Below are positions 17,945 to 27,679 of a DNA stretch of 64,000 bases, piece by piece. How positions within the stretch are numbered: position 1 is the first letter of the stretch; each line of letters opens with the position of its first letter. The notes beneath the pieces are model-generated. The model was not told where the DNA came from and made no database searches. It worked only from the letters and a program-made list of their open reading frames with translations. The DNA is taken from NCBI GenBank assembly GCA_903895725.1, contig CAITUV010000043.1, positions 11,298 through 75,297 on the forward strand, written 5' to 3'. Position numbers and translations under genes: made by a program. This DNA is from an uncultured Myxococcales bacterium. GTDB lineage: Bacteria > Myxococcota_A > UBA9042 > CAIXZC01.

Positions 17945-18574
17945 GTGGCACCGACTCCCAGCTCCAAGGACCCGAAGGCCAGCTTCTTCGTCCCGACCGT
18001 AATCGAGCAGACCCCCCGCGGCGAGCGGGAGTGGAGCATCTTCTCCCGTCTGCTCAAGGACCGGATCATCTTCATCGGCTCCGGCATCGACGATCTCGTG
18101 GCCAACGTGGTCATCGCCCAACTCCTGTTCCTCGAGTCCGAGGATCCGGAGAAGGACGTCTCCATGTACATCAACTCGCCCGGCGGCTCGGTCATGGCTG
18201 GCCTTGCCATCTATGACACCATGCAGTACGTCCGCTGCCCCATCACCACGCTGTGCGTGGGGCAGGCGTTCAGCATGGCGGCCATCCTGCTGGCGGCCGG
18301 AACCAAGGGCAAGCGCTTCGCCCTCCCGCATGCACGCATGCTCCTGCATCAGCCTCTCGGAGGGTTCTCCGGCCAGGCGGTCGACGTGGACATCCAGGCC
18401 CGGGAGATTTCCCAGGTCAAGGACCAGCTCAACCGAATCATCGGTCGTCACACCGGCAAGGAGCTGGAACAGGTCCGCCAGGATACCGACCGCGACTTTT
18501 ACCTGGGCCCCCAGGAGGCCCGGGATTACGGCATTATCGACCACGTCATCGAGCCGCGAAAGCCGGTCGCCTGA
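17945..18574 (+). CDS. clpP: ATP-dependent Clp protease proteolytic subunit
   Basis: GTG 17945 after GAAGGAGGG RBS; ClpP motifs ([19 protein letters not shown], active-site region [18 protein letters not shown]). Confidence 0.95.
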   Translation: MAPTPSSKDPKASFFVPTVIEQTPRGEREWSIFSRLLKDRIIFIGSGIDDLVANVVIAQLLFLESEDPEKDVSMYINSPGGSVMAGLAIYDTMQYVRCPITTLCVGQAFSMAAILLAAGTKGKRFALPHARMLLHQPLGGFSGQAVDVDIQAREISQVKDQLNRIIGRHTGKELEQVRQDTDRDFYLGPQEARDYGIIDHVIEPRKPVA

Positions 18575-18603
18575 GAGGGCCTGAAGGGCTGCTCGGTGCC
18601 CTT

Positions 18604-18633
18604 TTGCTTGAATCTCCCAGCGGCTTCTATATA
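18604..18633 (+). promoter_or_regulatory. candidate internal promoter upstream of clpX (TTGCTT-N18-TATATA)
   Basis: AT-rich patch cttttgcttgaatctcccagcggcttctatatattaac in the clpP-clpX intergenic region. Confidence 0.35.
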
Positions 18634-18668
18634 TTAACTCTTGGCTTTGGAAGGGGAGAGGTGGGCCT

Positions 18669-19937
18669 TTGGAAAGGAATCGTGACGGTTATCTTCGGTG
18701 CTCCTTCTGCGGCAAGACCCAGAAGGAGGTGCGTAAGCTCATCGCCGGCCCCGGGGTCTACATCTGCGACGAGTGTGTCACCCTCTGTGGCGAGATCATC
18801 GCAGATGAAATCGAGAAGGATGAGAAGCTCCCCGACGGGAGGCAGCTTCCCCGCCCGTGGGAGATCAAGAAGCAGCTCGACGAGCACGTCATCGGCCAGG
18901 AGCTTGCCAAGAAGGTGCTGGCCGTTGCGGTCTACAACCATTACAAGCGGATCGGCCAGCCCAAGAAGGCCCGTTCGCCCAGGACCGTAGAGCTCCAGAA
19001 GAGCAACATCCTTCTTATCGGCCCGACCGGTACCGGCAAGACGCTGCTCGCACAGACTCTGGCCAAGCTGCTCAACGTGCCGTTCTCCATGGCCGATGCC
19101 ACCTCGCTGACCGAGGCCGGATACGTCGGCGAGGACGTGGAGAACGTCGTGCTCGGGCTTCTCCAGGCCTCTGAGTTCGACGTGGAGACCGCGTCCCGGG
19201 GCATCGTCTACATCGATGAGGTGGACAAGCTCGCCCGCAAGGCCGGCGGCCCGTCCGTGACCCGGGATGTCGGCGGCGAGGGCGTCCAGCAGGCCCTCCT
19301 CAAGATTCTCGAGGGGACCGTGGCCAACATTCCCCCCAAGGGAGGACGCAAGCACCCCCAGCAGGAGTTCATCCCGATCGACACGACCAACATTCTGTTC
19401 ATCCTCGGGGGCAGCTTCGAAGGGCTCGATACCATCATCGAGCAGCGCATCGGCCGCAAGACCCTCGGTTTCGGAGCGGATGTCAAGGCCGTCGGCAAGA
19501 AGGCCATCGGCAAGATCCTCGAGCGGGTCGAGCCCGAGGATCTGCAGAAGTTCGGCATGATCCCCGAGTTCGTCGGCCGCATCCCCGTGGTGGCTTCTCT
19601 GCACGAGCTCAACGAGGAGGCCCTGGTCGACATCCTGACCAAGCCCAAGCACGCGCTCACCCGCCAGTTCAGCTACCTGCTCGAGATGGACGGCTGCGGT
19701 CTCACGTTCACGGAAGAAGCACTCAAGGCCGTGGCGGTCCGGGCCCTCGAGCGCAAGTCCGGTGCCCGAGGTCTTCGAGCCATCCTCGAAACGCTGCTGC
19801 TGGACGTGATGTTCGAGGTCCCCTCCCTGGGGAACGTGAAGGAAGTCATCATCGACGAGAACGTGGTCGGCGGCAAGCGCAAGCCCATCTACGTCTTCAA
19901 GAACGACAGCGAGGTGGTGCGGAGCGAACGGGCATAG
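18669..19937 (+). CDS. clpX: ATP-dependent Clp protease ATP-binding subunit ClpX
   Basis: TTG 18669 after AAGGGGAGAGG RBS (first start codon after the in-frame stop); zinc-binding CSFCGK...CDEC; Walker A GPTGTGKT. Confidence 0.95.
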   Translation: MERNRDGYLRCSFCGKTQKEVRKLIAGPGVYICDECVTLCGEIIADEIEKDEKLPDGRQLPRPWEIKKQLDEHVIGQELAKKVLAVAVYNHYKRIGQPKKARSPRTVELQKSNILLIGPTGTGKTLLAQTLAKLLNVPFSMADATSLTEAGYVGEDVENVVLGLLQASEFDVETASRGIVYIDEVDKLARKAGGPSVTRDVGGEGVQQALLKILEGTVANIPPKGGRKHPQQEFIPIDTTNILFILGGSFEGLDTIIEQRIGRKTLGFGADVKAVGKKAIGKILERVEPEDLQKFGMIPEFVGRIPVVASLHELNEEALVDILTKPKHALTRQFSYLLEMDGCGLTFTEEALKAVAVRALERKSGARGLRAILETLLLDVMFEVPSLGNVKEVIIDENVVGGKRKPIYVFKNDSEVVRSERA

Positions 19938-19974
19938 CCGCCCCTTCCCGGACCGTCTCTCGAGGGGTCAAGTC

Positions 19975-22404
19975 ATGAACGACATCAAAGTCCTCCCCCT
20001 CCTGCCCCTGCGGGACATCGTGGTCTTCCCGTACATGGTCGTCCCCCTGTTCGTCGGCAGGGACAAGTCGATTGCCGCACTCGACAAGGCCATGGCCGGC
20101 GACCGCCTCCTCGTGCTCTCGGCCCAGAAGCAGGCCAAGACCAACAACCCCGAGGCTGAGGACCTGTTCACCATCGGCACGCTCGGGGCCGTGATCCAGC
20201 TCCTCCGACTGCCGGACGGCACGATCAAGATGCTGGTCGAAGGCAAGGGACGCACCCGCATCCGCCGCTTCGTCCAGGAATCCCCGTTCTTCATGGTTGA
20301 AGCCGAGACCCTCGACGAGAAGTGGGAGCGCACCACCGAAGGGGAGGCCCTCATGAGGGCCGTCCACCAGGCCTTCGAAAACTATGTCAAGCTGAGCAAG
20401 AAGGTCCCCCCGGAAGTGCTCATGTCCGTGGCATCCATCGACGACCCCGCTCGCCTCGCAGACTCTCTGGTCGCCCATCTCTCCCTGAAGCTCGTGGACA
20501 AGCAGCTCCTGCTCGAAACGGCCGACCCGGTCCAGCGCCTGGAGAAGCTGCTCGAGCTCATCCAGTCCGAGATGGACATCCTCATCGTCGAGCGCAAGAT
20601 CAAGAGCCGCGTCCGCAAGCAGATGGAGAAGAGCCAGCGCGATTACTACCTCAACGAGCAAATGCAGGCCATCCAGAAGGAGCTCGGCGACAAGGACGAC
20701 TTCCGCAATGAGATGGCCGAGCTCGAGGAGGCCGCTGCCCGTAAGAAGCTGCCCAAGGAAGCCCGTGAGCGCCTCGACAAGGAGATCCGCAAGCTCAAGA
20801 TGATGGCCCCCATGTCCGCAGAGGCCACCGTCGTCCGCAACTACGTCGACTGGATCATCTCTCTGCCGTGGGGCGAATACAGTCAGGACCGCCTCGACAT
20901 CGCCGAGGCCGAGAAGATCCTCGATGAGGACCACTACGGGCTCGAGCGCGCCAAGGAGCGCATCCTCGAGTACCTCGCAGTCCAGGCCCTCGCCAGCTCG
21001 ATCAAGGGACCGATCCTCTGTCTCGTGGGTCCCCCCGGTGTCGGCAAGACGTCACTGGCCCGCTCCATCGCCCGCTCCACCGGCCGGGAGTATGTCCGCA
21101 TCTCCCTGGGCGGAGTCCGCGACGAGGCCGAGATCCGCGGTCACCGCCGCACTTACATCGGTGCGCTGCCCGGCAAGATCATCCAGAGCCTTCGCAAGGT
21201 CAAGACCAGCAACCCGGTCTTCCTCCTCGACGAGGTCGACAAGATGACCGCCGATTTCCGCGGGGACCCGTCGTCCGCCCTGCTGGAAGTCCTCGACCCC
21301 GAGCAGAATCACACCTTCATGGACCACTACCTCGACCTGGACTATGACCTCTCCAGGATCATGTTCATCACGACGGCCAACTACCGGGACGGCATTCCGG
21401 TCCCCCTGCAGGACCGAATGGAGATCATCGAGCTGTCCGGCTACACTGAGTTCGACAAGCTCCAGATCGCCCAGAACTTCCTCGTCCGCAAGGAGAAGAA
21501 GGCCAACGGCCTCGAGGACGTGGACGTCGCCTTCTCCGAGGACGCCGTCACCACGCTCATCCGGCACTACACCCGGGAAGCCGGCGTGCGCAGCCTCGAG
21601 CGCGAGGTCGCCTCGATCTTCCGCAAGATCGCCAAGGAGTACATCCGCAAGGGCAAGCCCGCCGACGCCTCGTTCCGGGTCAGCGCCCAGCGGGTCGTGA
21701 AGTACCTCGGCCCTCACCGCTTCACCTATGGCAAGATCGAGCGCAAGGACACCATCGGAGCGGTCAACGGGCTGTCCGTGACCACCGTGGGCGGCGACCT
21801 CCTCACGGTCGAAGCCTCCTCCGTCCCATCCGCCGACCAGAACGCCGGCAAGCTCATCATCACCGGCCTCGTGAAGAAGGTCATGGAGGAATCGGGCCAC
21901 GCGGCTCTGACCTACGTGCGCTCCCGTGCCTCGGCCCTGGGCATCCCCAACGAGGTCTTTGCCCATGTCGACGTGCACGTCCACATCCCCGAGGGAGCCA
22001 TCCCCAAGGACGGCCCGTCGGCCGGGATCACCATGGCCACGGCCATCACCTCCGCACTGACCCGGATTCCGGTCTGGGGCGATGTCGCCATGACGGGCGA
22101 GATCACCCTTCGCGGCCGCGTCCTTCCCATCGGCGGAGTCAAGGAGAAGCTCATCGCCGCACATCGAGGCGGTATCCGCAAAGTGCTGCTTCCCAAGGAG
22201 AACGAGAAGGACCTCAACGACGTCCCCGCCGCGGTGCGCAAGGGGCTCGAGCTCGTGCTGGTCGAGCACATGGACGAAGTCCTCTCCCACGCCTTGAAGG
22301 TGGAGAAGGGGGATCTCTTCAGGCCCGAGACGACCCCGCCCCCGCCCGCCAAGAGCCGAGGTCGGGGCGATTCGGCAGGAGTTCGCACCAGGAACGCCAA
22401 TTGA
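19975..22404 (+). CDS. lon: ATP-dependent protease Lon
   Basis: N-terminal Lon substrate-binding domain ([27 protein letters not shown]); AAA+ Walker [11 protein letters not shown]-terminal protease domain with catalytic Ser in [12 protein letters not shown]. Confidence 0.95.
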   Translation: MNDIKVLPLLPLRDIVVFPYMVVPLFVGRDKSIAALDKAMAGDRLLVLSAQKQAKTNNPEAEDLFTIGTLGAVIQLLRLPDGTIKMLVEGKGRTRIRRFVQESPFFMVEAETLDEKWERTTEGEALMRAVHQAFENYVKLSKKVPPEVLMSVASIDDPARLADSLVAHLSLKLVDKQLLLETADPVQRLEKLLELIQSEMDILIVERKIKSRVRKQMEKSQRDYYLNEQMQAIQKELGDKDDFRNEMAELEEAAARKKLPKEARERLDKEIRKLKMMAPMSAEATVVRNYVDWIISLPWGEYSQDRLDIAEAEKILDEDHYGLERAKERILEYLAVQALASSIKGPILCLVGPPGVGKTSLARSIARSTGREYVRISLGGVRDEAEIRGHRRTYIGALPGKIIQSLRKVKTSNPVFLLDEVDKMTADFRGDPSSALLEVLDPEQNHTFMDHYLDLDYDLSRIMFITTANYRDGIPVPLQDRMEIIELSGYTEFDKLQIAQNFLVRKEKKANGLEDVDVAFSEDAVTTLIRHYTREAGVRSLEREVASIFRKIAKEYIRKGKPADASFRVSAQRVVKYLGPHRFTYGKIERKDTIGAVNGLSVTTVGGDLLTVEASSVPSADQNAGKLIITGLVKKVMEESGHAALTYVRSRASALGIPNEVFAHVDVHVHIPEGAIPKDGPSAGITMATAITSALTRIPVWGDVAMTGEITLRGRVLPIGGVKEKLIAAHRGGIRKVLLPKENEKDLNDVPAAVRKGLELVLVEHMDEVLSHALKVEKGDLFRPETTPPPPAKSRGRGDSAGVRTRNAN

Positions 22405-22467
22405 AACCACCCGGGCCGATGGGACATCGTTTCCCCCCGGCCCGCTCCACTAGAAGAGGAAACGCTC

Positions 22468-22977
22468 ATGAACTTCAAGTTCACGCATGATTTCGACGCA
22501 CCCGTGGAAGAGCTCGAGCGGGTCATGTTCCACGACGGGCTCATCCCCCTCCTGGAAAAACGGATGCCCAACATCATCAAGATGGAGCCGCTCGAGATCC
22601 GCCGGGACGGAGCCAGGCTTACCCGCCGGGTCCGCTACCTCCCGGTCCCCATGATCAGCAGCATCGGAGTCAAGAAGGTCGAGCCGGAGTGGATGGAGTT
22701 TTTCGAGGAATCCAGCTACGACTTCAAGTCCCATTCCGGCACGTTCCGCAATGTCCCCGCCCGAAGGAAGATTGCGGCCCTGCTCTCCAACTCCGGGACC
22801 CTGCGTCTGGAGTCGAACGGCCGGGGAGGCTCCCGCCAGACGATCGAAGGGGAGCTCTGCGTGTCGGTCTTCATGGTCGGCAAGATTGCTGAGCGCATCA
22901 TCCACTCCAACGCGATCAAGCTGCTCGAGGAGCAGGCCGCCGTAGTTGCCGGAGTGCTGAAGAGCCGGGAGCTCTGA
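22468..22977 (+). CDS. hypothetical cytoplasmic protein (SRPBCC/DUF2505-like by motif impression only)
   Basis: ATG 22468; 169 aa; no signal peptide; family assignment is a guess. Confidence 0.55.
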   Translation: MNFKFTHDFDAPVEELERVMFHDGLIPLLEKRMPNIIKMEPLEIRRDGARLTRRVRYLPVPMISSIGVKKVEPEWMEFFEESSYDFKSHSGTFRNVPARRKIAALLSNSGTLRLESNGRGGSRQTIEGELCVSVFMVGKIAERIIHSNAIKLLEEQAAVVAGVLKSREL

Positions 22978-23083
22978 GAAGGAGCCGCTCAGGCCTTCCA
23001 ACCATCCGCCCTTGCCTCGCCATTGAGCGGCCGTCGACCACCGCCTGCTTCGACCGGAGTCGAGGGGACCCGAGAATCTTGTC

Positions 23084-23758
23084 TCAGTCGTCTTTCAGGA
23101 GCGTGTTCCAGTCAACTTCGGACATCGGGGGGAGCTTGACTTCGTGGCGTTCCTCGATTTCCTTGCGGCAGAGGTCGCACAGCAGACCGGTCTCGTTGTC
23201 CACCGTCGAGATCTTCCCTTCGGCATCGTTCATCATGCACTTGGGGGTAGGACAGTGGAGAAGCCCGAGCACGTGGCCAAGCTCGTGATTCACCACCTTG
23301 ATGGTGCGGATCGTCACCTTCCGCTTATCCGAGGTGTTGCGCCCCAGTCGGTAAGTTGAAACCACGCACGACTTGCCTCCCACCTGTCCGAGACCAAAGA
23401 TGCCCCAGTCCTTGCTTTTTCCCTTGGTCGTCGAGATGTCCACCGACGTGAAGCCGATCATCGCGGTGCAGTCCGCCGGGGCCTCCTCGTCCAGGAACGC
23501 CAGGAGCTTCTCGGCCCGGTAGCGTCCCCGGGGCGCATACCAGGCCGACTTGGGGAGCGACTGCTTCTCCAGCACCCGGACCGGGAGGGAGTACACGGCC
23601 TTTACCCCCCGCACGGCCGGCAGAAGCAGGGAACGATCATACTTGCCCAGCGGGAGAATGCAGACGGAGGGGGGCGAGGCCGAATCAGGTGATGCTTCAG
23701 GCAGCGGCCCGACGGGCATCAAGGCCGCAAGGACGAGACCGGCAACCAGCAGGTTCAT
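23084..23758 (-). CDS. secreted archaemetzincin-type zinc metallopeptidase (M54-like)
   Basis: Exact archaemetzincin signature HEXXHXXGX3CX4CXMX17CXXC (HELGHVLGLLHCPTPKCMMN-17aa-CDLC); N-terminal signal peptide MNLLVAGLVLAALMPVG; start ATG overlaps the GH84 stop (ATGA). Confidence 0.8.
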   Translation of the reverse strand: MNLLVAGLVLAALMPVGPLPEASPDSASPPSVCILPLGKYDRSLLLPAVRGVKAVYSLPVRVLEKQSLPKSAWYAPRGRYRAEKLLAFLDEEAPADCTAMIGFTSVDISTTKGKSKDWGIFGLGQVGGKSCVVSTYRLGRNTSDKRKVTIRTIKVVNHELGHVLGLLHCPTPKCMMNDAEGKISTVDNETGLLCDLCRKEIEERHEVKLPPMSEVDWNTLLKDD

Positions 23759-26220
23759 CGAAGACCTCCAACAAGCGGAGCGGCCTTGCCCCCCTCCAAC
23801 TCGTGCTCGCCTTCCCGTACGAACAGCTCGAAGCCGGTTGCGGCAACCACCGGGCCGTCGCTCGCCACGACCACCACCCGGAGGAACCCGGGGCGCTCGG
23901 CCACGAGCCTTTCGTCATCCGTCGGGCGGATGCCGTCGCCAAGAAGCCGACACGAGGCCGGGCGCTGTACGCAGGGATTCGGGAACGGTTCTGAAGCGAC
24001 CACCTCGGTCGGAAACAGAGGGGGGGGGGCAAGAGCAGAGGCAGAGTTGCGGACAGGCTCGAGATTCCGCAGGCATCTGTTCCGGGCGCGCTCGAGCAGG
24101 GGCTGGACAGCCTCCTCCAGACCGAACCACCTCCAACTCAACGGGGAGCGAGGTGAGTCGGCCAGCAGGGCAGCGAGTCGCCCGGGTCCCCACGGATGAG
24201 CCTCCTCCGAGGCCAGCAGCGACACTGCCTCCATTGCGGCCTCGAGCTGCAGCCGGCGCTTGATCAGGGGGGCGGCAAAATCATTGGCCAGGGGGGGCCG
24301 ACAGGCCTCCTGCCACAGCATCGAGTCGGAAAGATAGCGCTGAGCGAGGGCCTGGAGCAGGTCGTCGGCCGGCTGTAGGACGGCATCGTGCCGGCCTCCG
24401 TCCAGGGCAGCGAGGAAGCGCTGGACGAGAGCGGACAGCTCGGGCAGCGCGAGTCGATCAGGAAGCATCTTGGGGCTCCCCTCGTGGTCCTGTGCGAACT
24501 CCGTGAGCAGGGCCCCGGAGCCGGCAGGCAGACCGAACGCGGTGGCCAGGTCATCCGCAGAAGGGCGGGGCGGGCGGCCGGCCACCAGCTCACCGTAGGA
24601 GACGAGCGAGAAGATGCTGGCCGTGGCATGCGTCATCGGGTTTGAGAGCAGTCCGGAAATGGACGGGAACAGGTCGCTCGCGCGGCCAGTGACAGGCCCG
24701 AGGAACAGCCGCTGACTGCGGGCGGCGAAGTCGTTGACCGGGAAGTTGTCCCACACCAGCGGCTTGCGGCCGAGGAGCCGGGCGATTCCGTCTGCGTGGT
24801 GCGGATCCATCCGGGCGTCGAAGACTCCGTCCCCGGTCCACATGACCGGGACTTCGGGGGGGATGTGCCCGAGTGCCGTCAGGTAGCCCCGATGCTCGTC
24901 CTCCAGGGAGTCGGCCGTCCCCGCATAGACCGTGCCGACGAACTGGAGAGAGACTCCCCGGGCCACGAGGTGCTCATGGAGACGCTCGGTCAGCCTCGCG
25001 TGGGCCGCACCCACCTGCGGGGTCTTGGCCGACTTGCTGATGTCGTCCATCAGCAGGGTGACCGAGGGGAAGCCCACGTCCAGCAGGGGATCCAGCTTCG
25101 ACAGGAGCGCTGCGAAATCCTCTTCCGACCCCGGGGCCATGGACAGTCCCGGGGAGATGCCGAGCGAGACCTGCATGGACAGGGCGGAGGCCTCGGCCAG
25201 CAGTGCGGAGAATCGGAGAAGCTCCTCGGCAGGGTAGGGGGTTCGCCAGTCGTCCCGGTGCAGCGGATCGTCTTTGGGCGCGTAGACGAGCTGGTTCATT
25301 CCAATGGCGGCGGCCAGCCGGAGCAGCTCCGTCCGCTCCGCCCAGGTCCACGGGCGACCGTAGAACCCTTCGACCACACCGAACACGGGCAGGGAGGGGG
25401 CAACCGGGGGCACGAACTCCAGGCGGGCAGGCTCCGACCACGAGCTCGCAGCGCCTCCGAAGCCGATGGCGCGGACCGCATACTCCACCGGGCCGGCCGG
25501 CGGGCGATCCAGAGCGGACACGGACCCCGATGCCGTGCGGAACACATGAACGGGCCGGCCTGCAATCCGGCGCTCCACATCGAATGCCAGGGCCCCGGGC
25601 ACGGGGGCCACCCGGACAACGACCCCGTGCTTCCAAGCCCGAACCTCAGGGCGAGGCGGCGACACGGGGATCGTGGGCTCGGCGTAGAGCTCCAGCGCCG
25701 ACACCTCCAGGTCTCCAATCGGTGCCGAGCTGCCGATGCGGTCGGGCCGATCCGGGCGGCCGTTGTCAACCTCCTGTGCGGGCAATCGGACCCGAAGCCA
25801 TCTTCCTGGGCGGCGGGGAGGCCGGCAGACGACCGAGCTGCCTTCCACGACGCACGAGGAATGCGGCAGAACAACGCCGGCCCACTCGACCCGCTCGGGA
25901 AGGACCGCCGGCGAGGCGTACCGCAGCACGATGCGGGTCAGCGTGACGGCATCTCCTGCCGCTCCCTGGACGCGGGCAACGATCTCCGAGGGGTCTCCAG
26001 GCTCCGGTCTCCAGGCTGTCGCCGGATCCAGATCCTGCAATGCCAGCGGCCCCTCATGTCGATCATCCACGTCGCAGCGCTCGCTCCGGAGCGAGCTGAC
26101 TCGGAGCAGGGCCGACGGGGCCAGATCCAGCCCGGCGTCAGTCGGGCCCGGGACGAGGCAAAGGAATGGGAGACAGACTGCAGTGGACAGCAGGAGGAGC
26201 TGCAGGGCCGTTGCGATCAT
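23755..26220 (-). CDS. secreted glycoside hydrolase family 84 protein (O-GlcNAcase / beta-N-acetylglucosaminidase-like)
   Basis: C-terminal 822 codons of ORF 23755..26706 from ATG (plus cat 26218..26220); signal peptide MIATALQLLLLSTAVCLPFLCLV; GH84 block VVEGFYGRPWTWAERTELL...LVYAPKDDPLHRDDWRTPYP; catalytic Asp pair LLMDDIS. Confidence 0.8.
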   Translation of the reverse strand: MIATALQLLLLSTAVCLPFLCLVPGPTDAGLDLAPSALLRVSSLRSERCDVDDRHEGPLALQDLDPATAWRPEPGDPSEIVARVQGAAGDAVTLTRIVLRYASPAVLPERVEWAGVVLPHSSCVVEGSSVVCRPPRRPGRWLRVRLPAQEVDNGRPDRPDRIGSSAPIGDLEVSALELYAEPTIPVSPPRPEVRAWKHGVVVRVAPVPGALAFDVERRIAGRPVHVFRTASGSVSALDRPPAGPVEYAVRAIGFGGAASSWSEPARLEFVPPVAPSLPVFGVVEGFYGRPWTWAERTELLRLAAAIGMNQLVYAPKDDPLHRDDWRTPYPAEELLRFSALLAEASALSMQVSLGISPGLSMAPGSEEDFAALLSKLDPLLDVGFPSVTLLMDDISKSAKTPQVGAAHARLTERLHEHLVARGVSLQFVGTVYAGTADSLEDEHRGYLTALGHIPPEVPVMWTGDGVFDARMDPHHADGIARLLGRKPLVWDNFPVNDFAARSQRLFLGPVTGRASDLFPSISGLLSNPMTHATASIFSLVSYGELVAGRPPRPSADDLATAFGLPAGSGALLTEFAQDHEGSPKMLPDRLALPELSALVQRFLAALDGGRHDAVLQPADDLLQALAQRYLSDSMLWQEACRPPLANDFAAPLIKRRLQLEAAMEAVSLLASEEAHPWGPGRLAALLADSPRSPLSWRWFGLEEAVQPLLERARNRCLRNLEPVRNSASALAPPPLFPTEVVASEPFPNPCVQRPASCRLLGDGIRPTDDERLVAERPGFLRVVVVASDGPVVAATGFELFVREGEHELEGGKAAPLVGGLR

Positions 26221-26645
26221 GGTTCCGGTGCCTCGACGGTCAGCGACTTGAGCGACAGCTCGAAGAACGGAGTCCCGTTGGCGCACCAGCGGACCGAGGA
26301 CGAGCGCAGCTCCACCGACCAGTTGTGTAGCTCGGGCGGGAGCGCACTTGCGGCTTCCTTGCGGCAGAAGCCGGTGACGGCGTCCGGAGGCAGCTCGGGC
26401 ACGGAGCTGTCGGTGACATCGACGCGGATCCAACGGTCCGCCACCCGCATTTCGAGCGGGGGACAGCTGCATTCCACCGGGTTGCAGCGGATCACGGCGC
26501 TTCCCTGCCGCAACTCCTCCCTGGCCATGCCCAGCAACGTAGCGGCCCGATTCTCCATCCGGGATCCGGAAGAGCAGCCGACGGCCATCAGCAATGCCAA
26601 CGGAGCTGCGGCCAGAGGCAGCCCGGCAACCCACCAGGTTCTCAT
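26217..26645 (-). CDS. small hypothetical lipoprotein (142 aa, Cys-containing)
   Basis: Start ATG (plus cat 26643..26645) after GGAGGTGG RBS; lipoprotein signal MRTWWVAGLPLAAAPLALLMAVGC; ATGA overlaps with the UbiA-family gene upstream and the GH84 gene downstream. Confidence 0.6.
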   Translation of the reverse strand: MRTWWVAGLPLAAAPLALLMAVGCSSGSRMENRAATLLGMAREELRQGSAVIRCNPVECSCPPLEMRVADRWIRVDVTDSSVPELPPDAVTGFCRKEAASALPPELHNWSVELRSSSVRWCANGTPFFELSLKSLTVEAPEP

Positions 26646-27526
26646 GATGGTCCACCTCCGAAGTACAGGATGACCACGGCAGCAGCCCCCCAGGCAAAGG
26701 CGGCACAGAGGATCCACGGGTCTGACATGAGGGTATCGGTCGGCGGGGCCGTCCGGCGGGTATCGTGTGCGAGCCGGTAGAACCGTCCCAGGCCGAACAC
26801 TACCAGCGGCACGGTCAGCACCAGCGCCCGCGTGCCGAAATTGGCCAGTGCCCTGTCCGACAGGGTGTAGGCGAGGAAGGTCCCGCAGGCCGCAAGCCCG
26901 GTGAGTCCGAATGCCCAGCGCGTGGGAACCGGGCCGTACAGTCTCAGCACGCTGCGGGTCCGCCGGCCCTCCTCCCCCATCAGCATCAGCTCGTGTACCC
27001 GCTTTCCAAGCGCCAGGTAGGCGGCCAGCAGGAATGTGCACGACAGAATCCAGAACGACACCGGCACCGGTATGGCCACTCCGCCGCCGACCACCCGCAG
27101 GACGAATCCCAGCGCAATGCAGCTCACATCCGCAATGGGAATCTGCTTCCCCTTGAACGAGTAGAATAGATTGAGCAGCAGGTAGCCCAGCAGGGTCAGG
27201 GCAAGCTGTGGGGACAATATCAGGCCGGCGGCCAGAGTGAGCACAGCCAGCCCGACGGCACTGGCACCGGCTACCCGGACCGGAAGCGCTCCCGACGCGA
27301 TGGGACGAAGCTTCTTGCGCGGGTGATGCACGTCCACCTTTCGGTCTGCAATGTCGTTGGCCAGATAGACCACTCCGGACGTGATGGAAAACAGCAGGAA
27401 GGCCGTAAGAGCCCGGAGCTCGGCACCGACCTCGCCGGCCTTGAGCGCAAACAGCAGCGGGGTGAGAACGAACACGTTCTTGGCCCACTGCCGGGGCCGC
27501 ATCCCCTTGAGAACCAGCAGCACCAT
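26642..27526 (-). CDS. UbiA-family prenyltransferase (decaprenyl-phosphate phosphoribosyltransferase-like)
   Basis: ORF 26642..27625; start placed at ATG (plus cat 27524..27526); polytopic membrane protein; motifs MRPRQWAKNVFVLTPLLFA and YLANDIADRKVDVHHPRKKLRPIASG (NDxxDxxxD ... RPIASG). Confidence 0.75.
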   Translation of the reverse strand: MVLLVLKGMRPRQWAKNVFVLTPLLFALKAGEVGAELRALTAFLLFSITSGVVYLANDIADRKVDVHHPRKKLRPIASGALPVRVAGASAVGLAVLTLAAGLILSPQLALTLLGYLLLNLFYSFKGKQIPIADVSCIALGFVLRVVGGGVAIPVPVSFWILSCTFLLAAYLALGKRVHELMLMGEEGRRTRSVLRLYGPVPTRWAFGLTGLAACGTFLAYTLSDRALANFGTRALVLTVPLVVFGLGRFYRLAHDTRRTAPPTDTLMSDPWILCAAFAWGAAAVVILYFGGGPS

Positions 27527-27679
27527 TCGCAACGAAACGCCTCCGCAATCGACGAACGCTCTCCGGGCACGACGCTGTCCCGGGCCATGTGATGCCCGAG
27601 TATAGCAGCGGACGCGCTTTGACAAAAGCTCCCAATCTGTCGTAACCTGCCCGGGCCGTAGAACCGGCTGGAGGTCTGG

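Noticed and set aside
16472-18544. 690-aa minus-strand ORF antisense to tig and clpP
   Set aside because: Antisense to two highly conserved genes; no motifs; GC-frame artefact.
26217-27635. 472-aa minus ORF spanning the small lipoprotein and the UbiA gene in another frame
   Set aside because: Only the C-terminal 142 codons (26217..26645) have a signal peptide and RBS; the rest overlaps the UbiA-family gene, whose frame carries the conserved motifs.
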